A stretch of DNA of 64,000 nucleotides from Gnetum montanum. Lineage: Eukaryota > Plantae > Gnetophyta. The DNA lies in the NCBI GenBank assembly GCA_015680685.1, contig MNCI01000556.1:1127931-1191930 (forward strand), read 5' to 3'. The position numbers and the translations under genes are program-made. The notes under the pieces are model-generated. The model saw only the letters and a program-made list of their open reading frames with translations. It made no database searches and was not told where the DNA came from. Positions 1-14,332 of this stretch are shown here, one piece after another. The number at the start of each line of letters is the position of its first letter. The stretch's first letter is position 1.

Positions 1-118
1 CAAAGCATTTGACAATGGAGCATTCAAGTTAGCTGATATGGAAGGGAATGAACTCATAAATCCAACCAATCACTCATTCTTGAAACCATTCCACATCTAA
101 ACATAGTCAGGTACATGT

Positions 119-452
119 GAGTCCTGGCGTCACGACTATAAACTGATACCACAGCTCGTCCTGGAATCATGACGATAAACTGATACCATAGAATAGTGCA
201 GGAATCATGACTTAAAACTGATACCACAGCTCGTCCTGACATCATGATGATAAAATGATACCATACAGTGTCTGTAATGATAATAAACTAGCACCTATCT
301 GGTACGACAGTAAACTACCATAGTTGAATTCACCAGAATCCGCTAAGACTAGAAACTGGCAATGCACCGTCTGCCATGACGCTAAACGAGTAATGTCCAA
401 TGGGTCATGACATAAAACTAACCCATGATAGTCAGCTATGACTATAAACTGG
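119..452 (+). repeat. Hairpin+AAACT motif array downstream of integrase stop (copy D)
   Basis: About 10 units such as AGTC-N10-GACT-ATAAACTG, CGTC-N10-GACG-ATAAACTG, CGTC-TGCCAT-GACG, AGTC-AGCTAT-GACT-ATAAACTG. Confidence 0.85.
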
Positions 453-1509
453 CAATTTCATCTCTGGTTACTCAATCGGGGACTGCATTCAAACTTCATC
501 AGAACTGCTACATCACTCACTAATCGGCTGATCCTAAAGCCATTGCTGCTACTCATATACGATGCCTGAAATCTCATCCAGTGCCTTTGTTCCATCAGTA
601 GCTCTTTAAGTCTAAGCTCGCTTACTCACTCATGGTTTTCTTGTTCTCTTGGAGTTGTGTTTGCAGGATGACACTCAGATGTGTTCGTACAAGAATGCAC
701 TTCATCATAAGCAGCAAGGTGAGACGTTGTTTCCAGCGCATGCGATAAGACTAAATCAAACCATTCACTAGTACATTCCCCATTTCATATCCTGCCTATT
801 CCTCAACACCCTGTACTTTTTTATATCCCGAGTGCATCTAGTATAGCCTGAAACATCGAACATACCGTTGCATACCGCATCACTCCTAAGTGGTTGCAAC
901 CCACATCATGGCATTCTAGCATAAGCATAAGAGCAAAAAAAGAAGAAGAAAAAAAACATCGTCCCTCCCCATATAAAACACATGACGAGACGGTAGTTGC
1001 CTCAAAAGAAAACAATCATGTCTAAAACAATCAAGAAACATCCAGCTACATGGCTTTGGCTCTCCGCCAACAGGTTCCCCCTAAACACTAAACAAGAGGC
1101 CTGTTCCTCCAAAGAATGCAACACATCCTCATGTGGCTTTGGTCTTGCCAACAAGTCGTCTTAGACACTAACTAAGAGTCTTGTTCTGCCAAAGGATGCA
1201 AATCACATATCTTGATTCCGAGTCGGCTAAACAATGGCTATTGACAAGGATTAGCATGATCCATATACACATCAGAACATCCCCTTCACCATGCATAACC
1301 ATGATTTCTCCCGAATCCCCATAGTTTCCATTTCCCTATCCAGCTACAAATTTCACTTCCCTAATCCTATGTACTATTGGACACGATGCGATGATGTCTA
1401 GTCAAGTGGCAAAAGACAAAGTCTTTATCGAGTTGCTTGTGGTGTTTTTGCACTTCTTTGTCGACGCTTCTCGGGTCGATTCCTCCAAGCATCAATAAAG
1501 AGGGGCCAA

Positions 1510-2763
1510 TGAAACACCATAAAATTTTGAGCTTAGTAATTTTTCAAAAAGAATAAAGCTAAGTCACGATGCTCCCCAGCATGACTAAAGCTTGAGGACC
1601 CCACAAACAGCTTCAAGCAGAGTTGAACTCAATGAGGAGCAATTCCTTGGGACCCATCGATGACCACGACAACATCTGCTATCAAACCTGGCAACTTCGA
1701 AGCTTAAAATACTTAGTTTATACTAAGTATGTATTCTTAGTGTATACGCCCAACGTATATGCCCGATGTTCACAGTGTATATGCCCCATATTGCATCTAC
1801 AACGTAGACGTCAAGCGTACATGCCCAGCGTATACGCCCCACATGTATGCTTAGCAGGTACGACTGATGTATACGCCCGACGAACAATCCCTAAAGACAG
1901 CATGAAAATAGCACTACAGAACAAGATTTAGTACAAGGCAGCAAATATCACGAATAGGGCAACCATCAACGTATATGCCCATCGTATACACCCAGCACAT
2001 CTAGCGTATACGCCCTATATGCCCAGCGTATACGCCAAAAGTCTACGTTCACCTGATATAGCATATACGCCCAGTAAATATAACATGTTGTACACTTGTA
2101 AATTTTATTCAACCCAGTCAACATGCCACGTGTCACCCAACCCAAGTCTAACATCGAAACCTATATAAAACTCCAATTTTTCATTAGATCGGGGTTGGCA
2201 ATTTTGAGCAAACCAAAGAGAAAAACAGAGACGCTAAAAAAAACCAGAGCAGAGAACCTTATATGCTGGACTTCAACCGTGTACGCTGATCATACAGCCT
2301 CTATGCTATGCCTATAGTTTAAACCAGCCCACAGTCATCCCTACATCTACCGAGGCTATTCGTCCACTTTGTGTGAAAGCCACAACTGCATTAGACCGGT
2401 GCATTGTAACTCTCACTTTGCAATAATATTGCTACATTTTCTTCCTAAAATCTATTATAGTTTTGCATTAATTGTTGCATGTATACTGTTTACACTCTTT
2501 TACATTTACGCTCCGTTTGCATCAGTTACGTTATTTATGCTCAGTTTTATGCCCGTTACGCCATTTACATATAACCCAACGTATAGCACCTCAGTGTACG
2601 TTTGGGGAAATCCTTGCCTGATCTGTGTGTAGACCACTTAAGGTACTCTATCATCATTAATTCCAGCTTGCCCTCAAGTGAAGGTAGAGTCTTCTGTGCG
2701 TGTCCAGAGATCTCCAGGTCTCTATTTCCTTCCAGCTAGAGACTGACAATTTCAGACGGTACA
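1510..2763 (+). repeat. 3' LTR of copy D (TG...CA)
   Basis: Begins TGAAACACC immediately after the PPT and ends GACGGTACA, directly abutting the interrupted RT of copy A. Homologous to LTR 16269-17701. TATA-like CTATATAAA near 2161. Confidence 0.85.
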
Positions 2764-3770
2764 AAAAACCCTAGCATGCATATGGTTTTAATCCCAAAAA
2801 CACATTTCCTTGGGTTGAGATGCAAGTCATGTCTATGACAACATTTGAGGACTACATCTAGATCATTGGGATGATCAATAGCTTCCTTAGATTTGACTGC
2901 TATGTCATCGACATAATCGTTTAGTCTCTTCAAGAGATAATTGCTAAAAAAGTATGTCATGACATGTTGATAGGTTGCTCTGGCATTTTTGAGTCCAAAG
3001 GGCATCATGATGTAACAAAAGGTTCCCCAAGGGGTCATAAAAGTAGTTGTTAACTAAAGCTCTAGGTTGATGCATATTTGGTTGTAACTTGAGAACCCAT
3101 CCATAAAGGATAGTAAAGCATGACTAGTGGTAGTGTCAATAAGTTGATCAATACTTGGTAATGGGAAGTCATCTTTAATCATTTCTTTGTTTAGATCTCG
3201 AAAGTCTATACAAATTTGTATACCTCCCATTTTCTCAGAGACTACAACGATGTTCAACACCCACTCTGAATAATCGATCATGCAAATGAAGCTAGCTTGA
3301 TATAGCTTGGTGATTTCATCATGTACATCTAGTGTGATTTTTGATTTGATTTTTTGAGCCTTTTGTTTGACTTCCTTGATACGCTAGTCTAAGACAATGT
3401 TATGTTGTATGAGCTACCGATCTAGGCTTCACATGTCATCATAGGACTAGGCAAACACTTTAATATTATTTTGGAGAACCTTAGATATGTCCTTTTGCAT
3501 TTGTGGATCTAGGAGGGAGCTAAGTTTTAATGTCTCTATTTCCTCCCTGGATGTAGTTACAGGTATTTTAATGAGAGGGTCCTTAGTCACATCCCCCACA
3601 TCTAAGTCTAAGGCTTGGACCAGATGTTCAGGCCAATCTAGGGATGTTTCCAGGGATGCTATAGTGTTGTTAGTAGATGATTCCTAGTCTATTGATTCTG
3701 AGTTTAGGTATCTCATGAGCTTGCCATGAGGACCTGTCAGGGTTAAAAGCGAATGTAGATCATAGTGCAT
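2764..3770 (-). pseudogene. Tat-like copy A pol N-terminus/reverse transcriptase, truncated by insertion of copy D
   Basis: ORF fragments with CIDFRDLNK, DDFPLPSIDQL, MDGFSSYNQI, TPWGTFCY..MPFGLKNA, DYVDDI, LNPRKCVFG. Confidence 0.92.
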
Positions 3771-3911
3771 GGCCCTTTCTGTTAAACCTACCATAATAAG
3801 AAAAAAGATCAAGTCAAGTGATACCTTTTTGTAGCAATGATACCTAATAAATGTTTCTAAATTAGCAATGTAACATGAGGTAATAGTAAATTACTATGTA
3901 AAGTTTGCAAG

Positions 3912-4219
3912 TTGCTAGTTTAAGGTCTTAGCAGACTGTAATCATGTACGACCTGTACATCGGAATTGCTACTTTAAGGTCTTAGCGGACCGTTAACAGG
4001 TTTGAGAATGTGAGGGGCATTAACTTTGCTAGCTTAAGATTGTAGAAGTCTGTAACAATGTAGAGTTGATATAAATGCTAAAATTTCTAGTTTAAGGTCT
4101 TAGCGGACCATCATCAAACTACATCGTAGGTTGACATTTCTAGCAGACCATAATGATGTACAACTTGTTTGAAATGTGAGATAGATGTTAAAATTGCCAG
4201 TTTAAGGTCGTAGCAAACC
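3912..4219 (-). repeat. Hairpin motif array upstream of pol (copy A)
   Basis: TTGCTAGTTTAAGGTCTTAGCGGACC-like units (+ strand reading) at 3912, 3966, 4026, 4084, ~4125 and 4194, separated by divergent spacers mostly ~28-34 nt. Confidence 0.85.
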
Positions 4220-4495
4220 ATTAAAAATTTTAAATTTTGGTGGGCCCAATAGTGTTATGCTATAACAAGATTTCACTATAATAATGCTATGTTGCAGGGG
4301 TGTCCTGTGTTACTCGGGATATGAGAATGGCAAGTTTTCACCACATCAGCTATAAATAATGGTTTTCCCCCCAGTAAACTTTTCATTTTCATCGTCAGAG
4401 CCTAGAGCCCATACTCAGAGCATTGCATAGTTGCATAGAGAGAGAGAGAGCGAACTGGTGTAGTGTAGTAGTTGACAGAGTTTGCGAGTGAGACA

Positions 4496-5994
4496 ATGGA
4501 ACCCAAAGGCAAATGCAAGCACCAAGGTCTTGCCAGGGTAGACGAGATGAAGAACACTCTAGGATGCCTATTCAATATGCACATTGAAGTGTGAGAGGAG
4601 GCTCCATCTGCTCGGTAAGTCACTATGATGCCCTTGTTTTCTTTAGGTGATCAATCAGGTCAAATTGTTGTTGCTGTGGTTGTCATGAAATTTGTGTCTA
4701 TTGCAGCTATTTTGGTTGTCATTTTGGCCACTATGTCATCATTATTGCTAGTTGGCTAGTGGCCATACAAATGCTATACTATGGTTGCATGCATCATTGC
4801 TCTAGCCACCATTGTTAAGAATGGTCAGTACTTTTTTGCAAGGGTTTTGGTAGTTTTGGGTAGCATAGTTCATGCTTGGCGTAGTGTATCATCCTTGGAA
4901 GGGTTTAGTTATTTGCAAGATTTTTTATGGCAGTGTGATGCATGTTTAGCATAACATGGTGCGAGTTATTTCATGTGGCAAGATAGGGTTGGGATGGTGG
5001 GGCAACTGTGAATTCTTCCTCATCTATGCTTTTTAAGGCTGCAATGTTTTTCTGTTGTTGTTATTATGCTACACCATTATGTCATAAAGCCTTTAGGCCA
5101 TTATATTGGTCGTATCACATTGCTACGCTGTTGAACTTGTAACATTATTATATTGTTAAATTTTTTTTCTTCTCAAGTTTTCTATGTCTCCATGCCTGTT
5201 ATAGTGGTATGTTTTTTATATTGTAACATGTCTACCTATGCTTATTCGTTTACTATCTTGCTATGGTATGTGTATCGCAGTTCTCACCTTTAAATGGGAG
5301 TGTAACTATTATGATGCATGCCTATTATGTTATGTCGTGTACCACGTAACTATTACCATAAGGCGCCCTCAGTGTTGTTAAGCTATGCAGGGTTTGATGA
5401 CTATGCTATGCTACAAGTGACACTATTACATTGCCTATAATGTTTAACTTTATTTTATGTTAAAGAGGAATTTGCAACGAGAATATCATGCTACGCTGCA
5501 TGCAAAGAGAGGGTCAAGCTACACTATATGTAAATAGATGATTATGCTATGCTATGTGTAAAATTCACTTGAACACAGTGCTAATGTTTGATACTTTATC
5601 ATGCTGCATCATGTTGAAACCTGTCCTGATTATCCTTTAGGTGGTTGGAGTCTTGTGTTGCCTCAGTGAACCTATGGCCAACATCCCTCCTCCCCATGCA
5701 CGTGTGGGGAAGTAGGTAGTCTGGTTCCGGGAGGATGCACAGGACTTCTTATAGTTCCTCCTTCGCTATTTTAGTGTGATCATGTGGTGACACTTATCAG
5801 TCAAGACAATAGCTGCAATTATAGAAACACTATTGCCTAGGGTGAACCGAGATATCCTAAAGTTCCGGTTTGACGAGGCAATTGGAGGTGAAGGTGTAGT
5901 AGGTTCCAATCAGCACCCAAAAGTCTTGAGGTGCTTAAGTTGGATCTGGGACATGCCTGAGTACATATTCTACCACTTATCTTATGTCCTCTTC
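4496..5994 (+). pseudogene. Antisense accessory gene of copy A, 5' part: exon 1 (4496-4614) and FCP1/NIF-like exon (~5608-5994)
   Basis: TATAAATA at 4351, ACAATGG start, exon MEPKGKCK...PSAR then GTAAGT donor at 4615. Second exon LKPVLIIL*VVGVLC...VVWFREDAQDFL*FLLRYFSVIMW...LRCLSWIWDMP is homologous to 32936-33380. Confidence 0.75.
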
Positions 5995-7373
5995 TAGTAA
6001 TGTTGATACTTATTCATAGTATGTGGACTTAAGTGCATTTCATCACTACACTTCATATGTTAATTAGTTCAGTAAGGATACATCTTCTAATCTTAGAATG
6101 GTAAGATATGGTAATGTTGGTTTATTCAAAGTTTCAGATTATGAAAAGGAAATAATTTATTTTAATAATGAAGTAGTTAAATTGATTCCTAACATATATC
6201 ATATTTCAAAACTTACTAAAGATATTTTGTCTATAAGTGAATTAGAGATGTAGGACTAACTATTATCTTTGGAGGTGGAAAATGTTCAATACTATATGGT
6301 TCATCTTCTTTGACTTCTAGAATAAAAATAGGCAAGCAATATAAAGTAGAATATGAATTGAAATAATGATTTATGACATAAAAAAATGGGATATCTTGGT
6401 GGAAAAAGGACTTAAGAAACTTTGCAAGGAAGGAAAATTTAAGTTTTTAAAAGATTCCTTAGATTTTTTCCATCATTATCTATATGGTAAAAAGAGACAT
6501 CATAGTCTTTAGAAAAGTAATGCTAAATCTCTGCATACATTAGAACAAATACATAGTGATGTATGTGAATCAATTAAAGATATTAAAAGAAGTATGTATC
6601 ATGTTTATTTTATTGATGATTACTCTAGAAAGAGCTAGATTTATTTATTAAGACATAAATTTAAGATGTTTATAAAAACTAAAGAATTCAAATCACTTGT
6701 TGATATTTATTTAGGAAAGAAAATTAAAATTCATAGAATTGGTGGTGGTGAATTTTTCTCAAATGAATTTAATTCTTTTGATAAATAACAAAGTATTTAA
6801 AGGTAGATGATCATTCTAGGAACTCTTGAATAAAATGAATTCGCAAAGCACTTCAATCAAACATTGATGGAATGTGCTAGATATATGCTTAGTGAATTTA
6901 ATCTTGACAAGCATTTCTAGGATGAAGTATTAATGACTACATGTCATCTTAACAATAGATCTCCTTCATTAGCACTTGGTAGTGAACTTCTAGTGGATGT
7001 TTGGAGTGGTAGATCCATAAATTTAAATTATTTCAATATTTTTAATTATGAGTCCTACGTATATGTTTCAAAATTTGATAAGTCCTACTCTAAGTTTTTT
7101 GAATAGATTTTTCTTGGCTATGAACAAGGTGTCAAAGCTTAAAAGTTATATAGTTTAGAAACTAAAAGGATTATTTATAGTTAAGATGTTAACCTTAGAG
7201 AAAAATATGGATCTATGAAGGAAGAATCTTCATATTTCAAAACTCCTTCAAATAATGTAACTTCTATATATGTATCTATTAAAATTAATAATGAAATTTT
7301 TGAGGGTCATCCTTCCTTAGCTAAGAATATTTCCCCTAGAATATAAGATGATGATAGCATGGTAGATGAGTAA
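5995..7373 (+). mobile_element. Ty1/Copia fragment (protease, GAG-pre-integrase, integrase), decayed
   Basis: Homologous to the reverse complement of 58200-59590. Motifs (W)YVD..A.HH, IHSDVC, FIDDYSR, GYEQGVK. Confidence 0.85.
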
Positions 7374-8281
7374 TGATGGGTCGTGGTTGGCTGCATTGAT
7401 GAGGCCTCAATGACTAGGCCCAATCAATGAAGCCCTATTGAGGTATTATTTCATACATCGATGTAGCCTTGTTGATGTAGGATCCATTTTTTGCTTATAA
7501 ATGCATGCTCACTAGCTGCATTTATGGCATCAAATTCATAGTAGTAGTAGAGCTTTTGTAGTTTGTTTATTTAAAAGTTAGATTTTTTTTCTTGAGTACC
7601 TACAATAGGAGTTATTGGGTGTATGGATCATTATTTGAGCATTTTTGTACTTGAACTATACCTATGTGTATGGCAATAAAGACAAGCTTCTTGATAAACC
7701 TTGTAGCATTTTGAATAGCTTAAATGTTTTGTCTATGTATTCATTATTTTTATTAAATATTCAATTAATTAAGCTAAATTAAGAAAAATTAGAATTTATT
7801 CACTTTAGCTAAATAGATTAAATACATAAGTACAATTACTTTGAGCATAAACATGTACTCGCTTGGTAATCTCAGCAGCATTATTGCTTAGTGTGGCTAG
7901 TACCATAGCACTTGGTAACCCAACAGTGGATACATGGGTTCAAAATATGTAATGAATGGAACTAGATGCTTATGTTAGGACTAGTTAGGTATTAGTGAAT
8001 AAGTTAAATTAAATTAGTCATTGAATTAATTTATTTCTCTCTCTTCAAGAATCAAGGAACATAAAACATAAAATAATAAAAATCATATATCTCAATTACA
8101 CTTAACGATACCATGTGCATCAAAAGTGTAGTTGTGAAGACAATGAAGTACCTTAGAGGAAGGTTCATTACCTAGGAGACTAGTGCACCAAAAACTATAG
8201 AGTCCATAAAATTCAACTAAATTTCACATGAACGCTTCGTGATTCGTATGGTTGGATGTAGGGATACCTTGCCACTCATCA
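7374..8281 (+). repeat. Athila-like LTR
   Basis: TG..CA termini. 3' half shared with 43485-44333, 56665-57496 and 60088-60967 (...TCGTATGGTT..GTAGGG.TACCT..CCACTCATCA). Confidence 0.85.
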
Positions 8282-11200
8282 TTGGTGCTATTGGTGAGGA
8301 CTCTATTTGTTGAAATGTGCACTATTTAGGATTAGCGACCATTATTAATATCATTGGACTAACTTAAGATTAACTTCACTCTCAAACAACATATAACTAC
8401 TAAGCACACCAATAAGTTTTTTTTTTTTTTTTGCAAAGTGTCTCCTTCTCACAGATGTAAAGATGTTAAACTACTAGTTACACAGGAGTGCAAAGTGGTA
8501 TATACTCATCACAATGAGTATGTACTGGATTTCACCTTCATCTTAGACTAAGATGAGCAACTTCAATGGCGTGATATGGAGGGTAGCATCGTAATTCTCC
8601 ATGATTAATTTGTGCTTGGGATGTTGTTTCAAACCCTTAAGAAGTTAGGCATCTCAAATCTTCAGGAGAAATACATTATGAATTGTTATGACACTTGGGA
8701 CTACCATCCCACTAAATCACAACACAAGAAAGATTGAAATTAGAAGAAGCACCTTGAATTTGCAAAGGGAAAACACTTTATTAATCCTTTGTTCCTGCTA
8801 AACTTAGATGACATGAGGAACCTCCTTACGGGGGTTCTCAACATGAAGATTCTCCAAACCTTTTTGTTGGTGAGGAGGGTGTGGACTTGAGTCTATGATT
8901 CACTATTCATAAACTAGGTTCAGAAAAAGGTAATAGTTAAGGTAGGAACTTGGGAAAACCTCATAATGGCAAAGGTTCTAAAGATGATGATCATAATGAG
9001 CAAAGAGATGGTGGTAGATACTATGGTGGTGGTGATGGTCCATCTTCCTCTTCATCCTTTTCATCTAATTTTGAACATTCCTCTTCATCTGCCAATTCTT
9101 ATAAAAGCTATCATAGAAATAATCATGATGAAGGTGATCATCGAGATTACAATAATTGTATAGGCCACCAAGAACGATGGGATGACAAAAACCATAATTG
9201 AGATCATCAACAAAATAATCATGATGAACCTTTTCTGACAACTCAAAGCATGCTTAACATTGCAAAGGCAATTAAGATTCCAACTAGGCATGTGAAAGAT
9301 AGTCAGATCAAGTGCTTAGACATGAACAATATTCTAAGATTTGAGAAATAATATAAATTTGATCCATAGAAGCATTTAAAAGATTTTCATGATGTTTGTC
9401 CTTTAGAAAACATTGAAAATGATTGGCCAAACCTCAAACTCTTCCCTAGGATACTTATCATGGAAGCTAAAAGTTGGTACCAGTCCTTGGAGCCTAAATT
9501 CATTTGAAGATGGAGTACCACGCTAGAGCTATTTAATGACAAATACTAGATGTACTCTAGAGTGTTTAATATAAGAAGGCAAATCCAAGGTTGGAAATAG
9601 GAAGCACATGAATTCTTAAATTCTACAATTGGTAGATACTATTCTCTCTTACATCAATGCCTTAGCCATGGTTATTCTCAGCAGGGACAACTCTACCATA
9701 TTGTAGAAGAAGTCTTGGGGTTTATGTCAAAGGGAGATTATCTAAACTAAGAGCTCATCAAATCCAAACATTGATAGAATAGGTAGCAAAATAAGAAGGA
9801 GAGTTGAAAAATAGGAAAAGTGTAGAAGACTATAATAGGGATCCTTCCATAAGAAAAAGGGAGGTCTAATTTTGTGAAGAGGAGGATGCACCACTTTACG
9901 AGATGGTAAACAGAAAAACCTTACTCATTTAAAAATCTAATTTTGATATTTTAGCAAAGGTTTATAAACTATGAGACTCTTTGGATGAAAATTTTGAAAG
10001 TTCTATGAAGATTATTCAAGAATACAAAGAGAAAAATAGTGATCATAACCACAAGAGAAGAAAGGAAGTTGAACATGCCTACTAGAGAGGTAAGGGCAAA
10101 GCTGCTACATTAGAGGAAGTTGTGAAAATAGATTCTAATGATGATACTAGTTGTGACATATGTCAATATGAACATCTAAAGATATGTTGTCCTATGGTGT
10201 CACACATACAAGAGTCTAGGGTGTATGATTTAAATTCACAACTAGAAAAAAGGTAAGCACCCAAATAATTGACTTACCCTCAAGGTAATCCAAGGTAGCT
10301 TCACTAGTAACAACAAGCTTACTATACAAGTGGAGCTCCACCACAATCATATGAGTAATACCAATAGTGGCACCAATCACAATCATGGGGAATGCCATCG
10401 CCAAGGTAGCAATACCCTTATATACTAATAAATTCATATGAGTACTATGTCCAAAAACCTGTATTTCCATGAAGTTCTGTGAACCATGCATCATTCCAAA
10501 ATCACTATTACCCTCTAGATCATCGAACTAATTAACCATATGCTTGAGGAGAGCACCCATATCCATTCCATCCTCTACATCCATTTGTGCACATTCCTTT
10601 GCCCTCTACCTATTTACCTCTTGCACCATCCATGTAGGATGAAATTACTCCACAACCGCAAATGAAATGCTACAAGGGTTATACATTCACAACTAGCTTT
10701 TCAGCTAAGTGGTTTGGATAATTGATCTAGAAAATGACCTTTTTTCCAACCCAATAGTCCTTCCAAACCCTCACAACCTCATGTTGTTGGTTACCCTACA
10801 TCTCCAACACCCTCATCCTCTACATCAAACACATTCAAGAATCCTTCAAACCAAATGCTACCTCAAATCTACACCATGATGTTAACTCATGCTATTTTTA
10901 ATTAGATCAGGGCTAGAAATATTCCCATGAAAAGATCTTATCCAAGAAGTCCTCTTATTTAATTATAGATCATTTCACATGAGCCCTATAAGGCTCTTCT
11001 TGATTTTGGTTCTCATGTTAATATCATCTCTCATGACATGTACAAGACTTGGAACGTACTGCCTCTCAAGAAGAGAAACATTCATTTGAAATTGGTAGAC
11101 TAGTCAATCATTATCCCTTTGGGGTTAGTAAAGGACTTTATGACCATATTTTATGGTGGTCCTATCCTATCAATTTTCTAGTGATCAAGGTTGACAATTG

Positions 11201-13415
11201 TAAAGGTAACTTCCCCATCATTATGGGAAGGGCATGGTTAAGCACAATTGATTCATGAATGGGCATAAGGGACCTCTCCTTGGAAATCTCCAAGGAAAAT
11301 AAATTTGAATGTTTAGAGAATAAATATATCCCATGTATTACATACAATTATAATGGGTGCAATTGAATGAAGAAAATATGGTCCATTAAAAGTACATTCA
11401 TGAAAGCATGTAATCAGTGTATACATGACATATATATCCAAATGTGCATGTACATAGCAACCACAAAATAGGAGGGCACCTAGTGGCCAACAACTCACTT
11501 TGACAATACGATACTATACATGGAACCTACTAAGAGCATGACATGTGCTTATGTAAAAGGCATGGATGAACTTAAGAAAGTTTATCACCAACTTTCTAAT
11601 GCTGAAGATGATGATACCTATTCAGGAGAGTTGGAAATCCTTGATAATTTCAAGTAGGAGTCCCTATAGTTAAAAACTCTACTAGTTGACATGGAATATG
11701 CATTTTTAAATAATGGAAAGCTAGTTATAATCAATGCAAATCTTCCTCCTAAAAAAAATAAAATATATTGCAGGTCATCAAAAAATGGCCAACAATCTTT
11801 ACTTGGTCATATCCCAAATTGATAGGAATCAATCCATGGATATGCTAGCATCACATCTACACCAACCTAGCCATGAAGCAAAGAAGAAATTAAAAAATGC
11901 AAATGAATCCTAAATTGAAGAAAATCATCAAGGAGGAAATATAAAAAGTCCTTAAGGCAAGGATCATCTATCCCATCACACAAAGTGAGTGGGTCAATCC
12001 ACTCGTAATTGTACCCAAGAAAGATGGAAAGTCATAGGTCTACATTAACTTTAGGCTATTGATTATGACAACATTTAAAGATCATTTCCCATTTTCATTT
12101 GTAGACTAAGTGTTGGATACTATTTCTAGGAATTGCTATTATAGTTTCTTGGATGGTTATAGTAGCTATAACCAAATCCATATTGTGCCAGGATATCAGG
12201 CCAAGATAACATTCATAAGTTCTTTGGTGAATTTTTCATATTATAAGATGTTGTTTGATCTATGGAATTCCCCTACAACATTTCAACACTTGGTCCTTAG
12301 TATCTTCCAACAGCAAATTGGTAGCAAGGTAGAAGTCTTTATGGATGACTTATCTACTATGGGGCTACATTTGAGCAAGTTCTAGATCACCTTAAGAAAG
12401 TTCTAAAAATATGTGTTGAAACAAACCTTAGGCTCAATTGGTAGAAAAGCCATCTAATGATTTATGAGGACATAGTATTGGGACACCAAATTTCATAAAA
12501 AAGGGGTTGAGATAAACCTTGAAAAGATAAGGGTCATCCAAGAAATCACACACCAACTAGAGATAGTTAAAGAAATCTAATCATTCCTTAGACATACTGG
12601 CTACTATTAGTGATTCATAGAGAATTTTTCTAAGATTGCAAAGCCATTGGTTGAGCTTATGAAGAAATATGCTTCTTTCATATAGACCAAGAAGAGAAAA
12701 CATGCATTCTACCAATTAAAGGAAAAAGCTTGTAGAAACTCTAATTCTACAAGTACCTGATTGGTCTAGACCATTCCACATAATGATGGATGCATCTAAT
12801 TATGCTTTCGATGTAGTGCTTATGTAGTTGGATAATAAAAAATGTCCATATTACATTCATTATGCAACCTAAAGCATTATTGATGCATGGCTAAATAACA
12901 CCATAATAGAGAAAGAATTAATGGTAGTGGTGTATGCTCTTGAAAATTTCAAGCACTTTGCGGTTGATTATAAAATATTTGTACATATAAACCATAGTTC
13001 CATTCACTTCCTAATGAACAAACCAATGGTGAGCCCTTGTGTCATATAGTGACCCATGATCTTATAGGAATTCAATCTTACAATGGTAGATCAGAAAGAG
13101 ACTAAGAATGTAATTACTAACCACCTCTCTTGATTAAGATGGGATAACAAAGAGTAGCAGAGTGTGCTCTCTGGTTATTTTTTAGATGAAATCCTATTTA
13201 TAGGAGTAATAAATGACCAAGTGCACACAAAAATAAAATGGTACGACGACATCCTCAGTTACCTTCTCATTCAGGAGATGTCATAAGGTATGGACTTTCA
13301 AAAGAAACAACAGTTTCTTCATTAGACAAAATACTTCATAAAAATCAATAGACACCTTTACAACATGTGCATCAATGGCCTAGTTTGTTGGTGTGTCCCT
13401 AATGCAAATTAACTA
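7374..13415 (+). mobile_element. Athila-like Gypsy element: 5' LTR, PBS, gag, protease, RT, RNase H, truncated in integrase
   Basis: LTR 7374-8281 (TGATG...CTCATCA) and degenerate PBS TTGGTGCTATTG at 8282. gag KHLKDFHDVC...KLFP ~9370-9550, protease ALLDFGSHVNII ~10990, RT FLDGYSSYNQI/VFMDD 12110-12385, RNase H MDASNYA...EKEL ~12780-12930. Many stops and frameshifts. Confidence 0.85.
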
Positions 13416-13419
13416 TACG

Positions 13420-14000
13420 TATGCAAAGGTTTATGAATGGGGGTAGGCACAGAAAAACCAAAAACATATGTATAAGCTAGAACATGATGCCTACCGTAAA
13501 CAATACTAGGATGCCTCTATTAAGCTACATACTTGTGATTTATTCCTTGACATTATTGGTGCTTCTAGGGCTTACAACAGGTTCATGCAACAACTGACAG
13601 TGAGTGAATCTCTTGAAAGGGAAATGACCTTTCTAGTGGGTGAAACTGCCACTACCACTTTTTCTCTAGGACCATAGACATGGACATCCATAGAAAAGGA
13701 TAAATTTGAAGCAAGCACTGACCTAGGAGATAGGAATTAGGCTAATATTATGGAAGAGAAGATCTTGCAATGCCTCATAGTAGGCATAGATCGAATACCC
13801 CATGAAACAGACATGGGGCCATCTCAGGTCAATCATTTCTTGGTGTTGTGATCATTTCTTTTATTTGAGTCCTTATTGTAACTTTAGCTGACTATTTCAT
13901 TTTTCCTATGGTACAGAATCTAGATGAAAACATAGGACCTAATGTGATAGGGGACGATGGGGCTGGCAAAGGGTCATAGCATAGTAGCCGAGAATTTTAT
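13420..14000 (+). pseudogene. Antisense accessory gene of copy A, 3' exons
   Basis: AKVYEWG*AQKNQKHMYK...LFLDIIGASRAY...EREMT..GET is homologous to 35990-36210. Short intron GT 13828 to AG 13916. Confidence 0.75.
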
Positions 14001-14172
14001 TTGGATTTCCACAAAGAATGTTGTAAACATTATTAATTAATTTTTTGAATAAAAGAAAAAAGATGGAATATGAAAAGGTTTATTTCATTTTGGCTTTATG
14101 TGTTGTATTTATTCTTATGTTATTCTTTATCTTTTCTTTTTATCAATTAAACTCCTTGGGAGCATCTCATTT

Positions 14173-14332
14173 TAGTTTTAGGCCATTTTGGGCCATAACA
14201 ATAGTTTAAGGCCATTTCGGGCCATCACTAGTTTTAGGCCATTTCAGGCCATTAGTAGTTTTAGGCCATTTCGGGTCGTTGGATGTTAGTAAGGAGAAAA
14301 ATGTTTTTTCTAGTTTTAGGCCTTAGTGGGTC
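14173..14332 (-). repeat. Hairpin motif array downstream of gag-protease stop (copy A)
   Basis: Five units TAGTTTWAGGCC-ATTTCG-GGCC (+ strand reading). Confidence 0.88.

Larger units (their letters stand above)
1..2763 (+). mobile_element. 3' part of Tat-like Gypsy LTR retrotransposon, copy D: integrase C-terminus, 3' UTR, PPT, 3' LTR
   Basis: 2-100 translates KAFDNGAFKLADMEGNELINPTNHSFLKPFHI*, matching the integrase end of copy B (19200). 100-2763 aligns by eye to the reverse complement of 16269-19200. PPT AAAGAGGGGCCAA at 1497-1509. Confidence 0.9.

Noticed and set aside
1623-2632. Short ORFs within the LTR of copy D
   Set aside because: Arise from GTATACGCCC repeats and low-complexity LTR sequence, and are not conserved as ORFs in the sister LTR.
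3912-4219. CRISPR-like array (26-bp repeats, ~30-nt unique spacers)
   Set aside because: Eukaryotic retrotransposon context, no cas genes, degenerate repeats, and the same motif forms plain tandem arrays elsewhere. Treated as the hairpin motif array.
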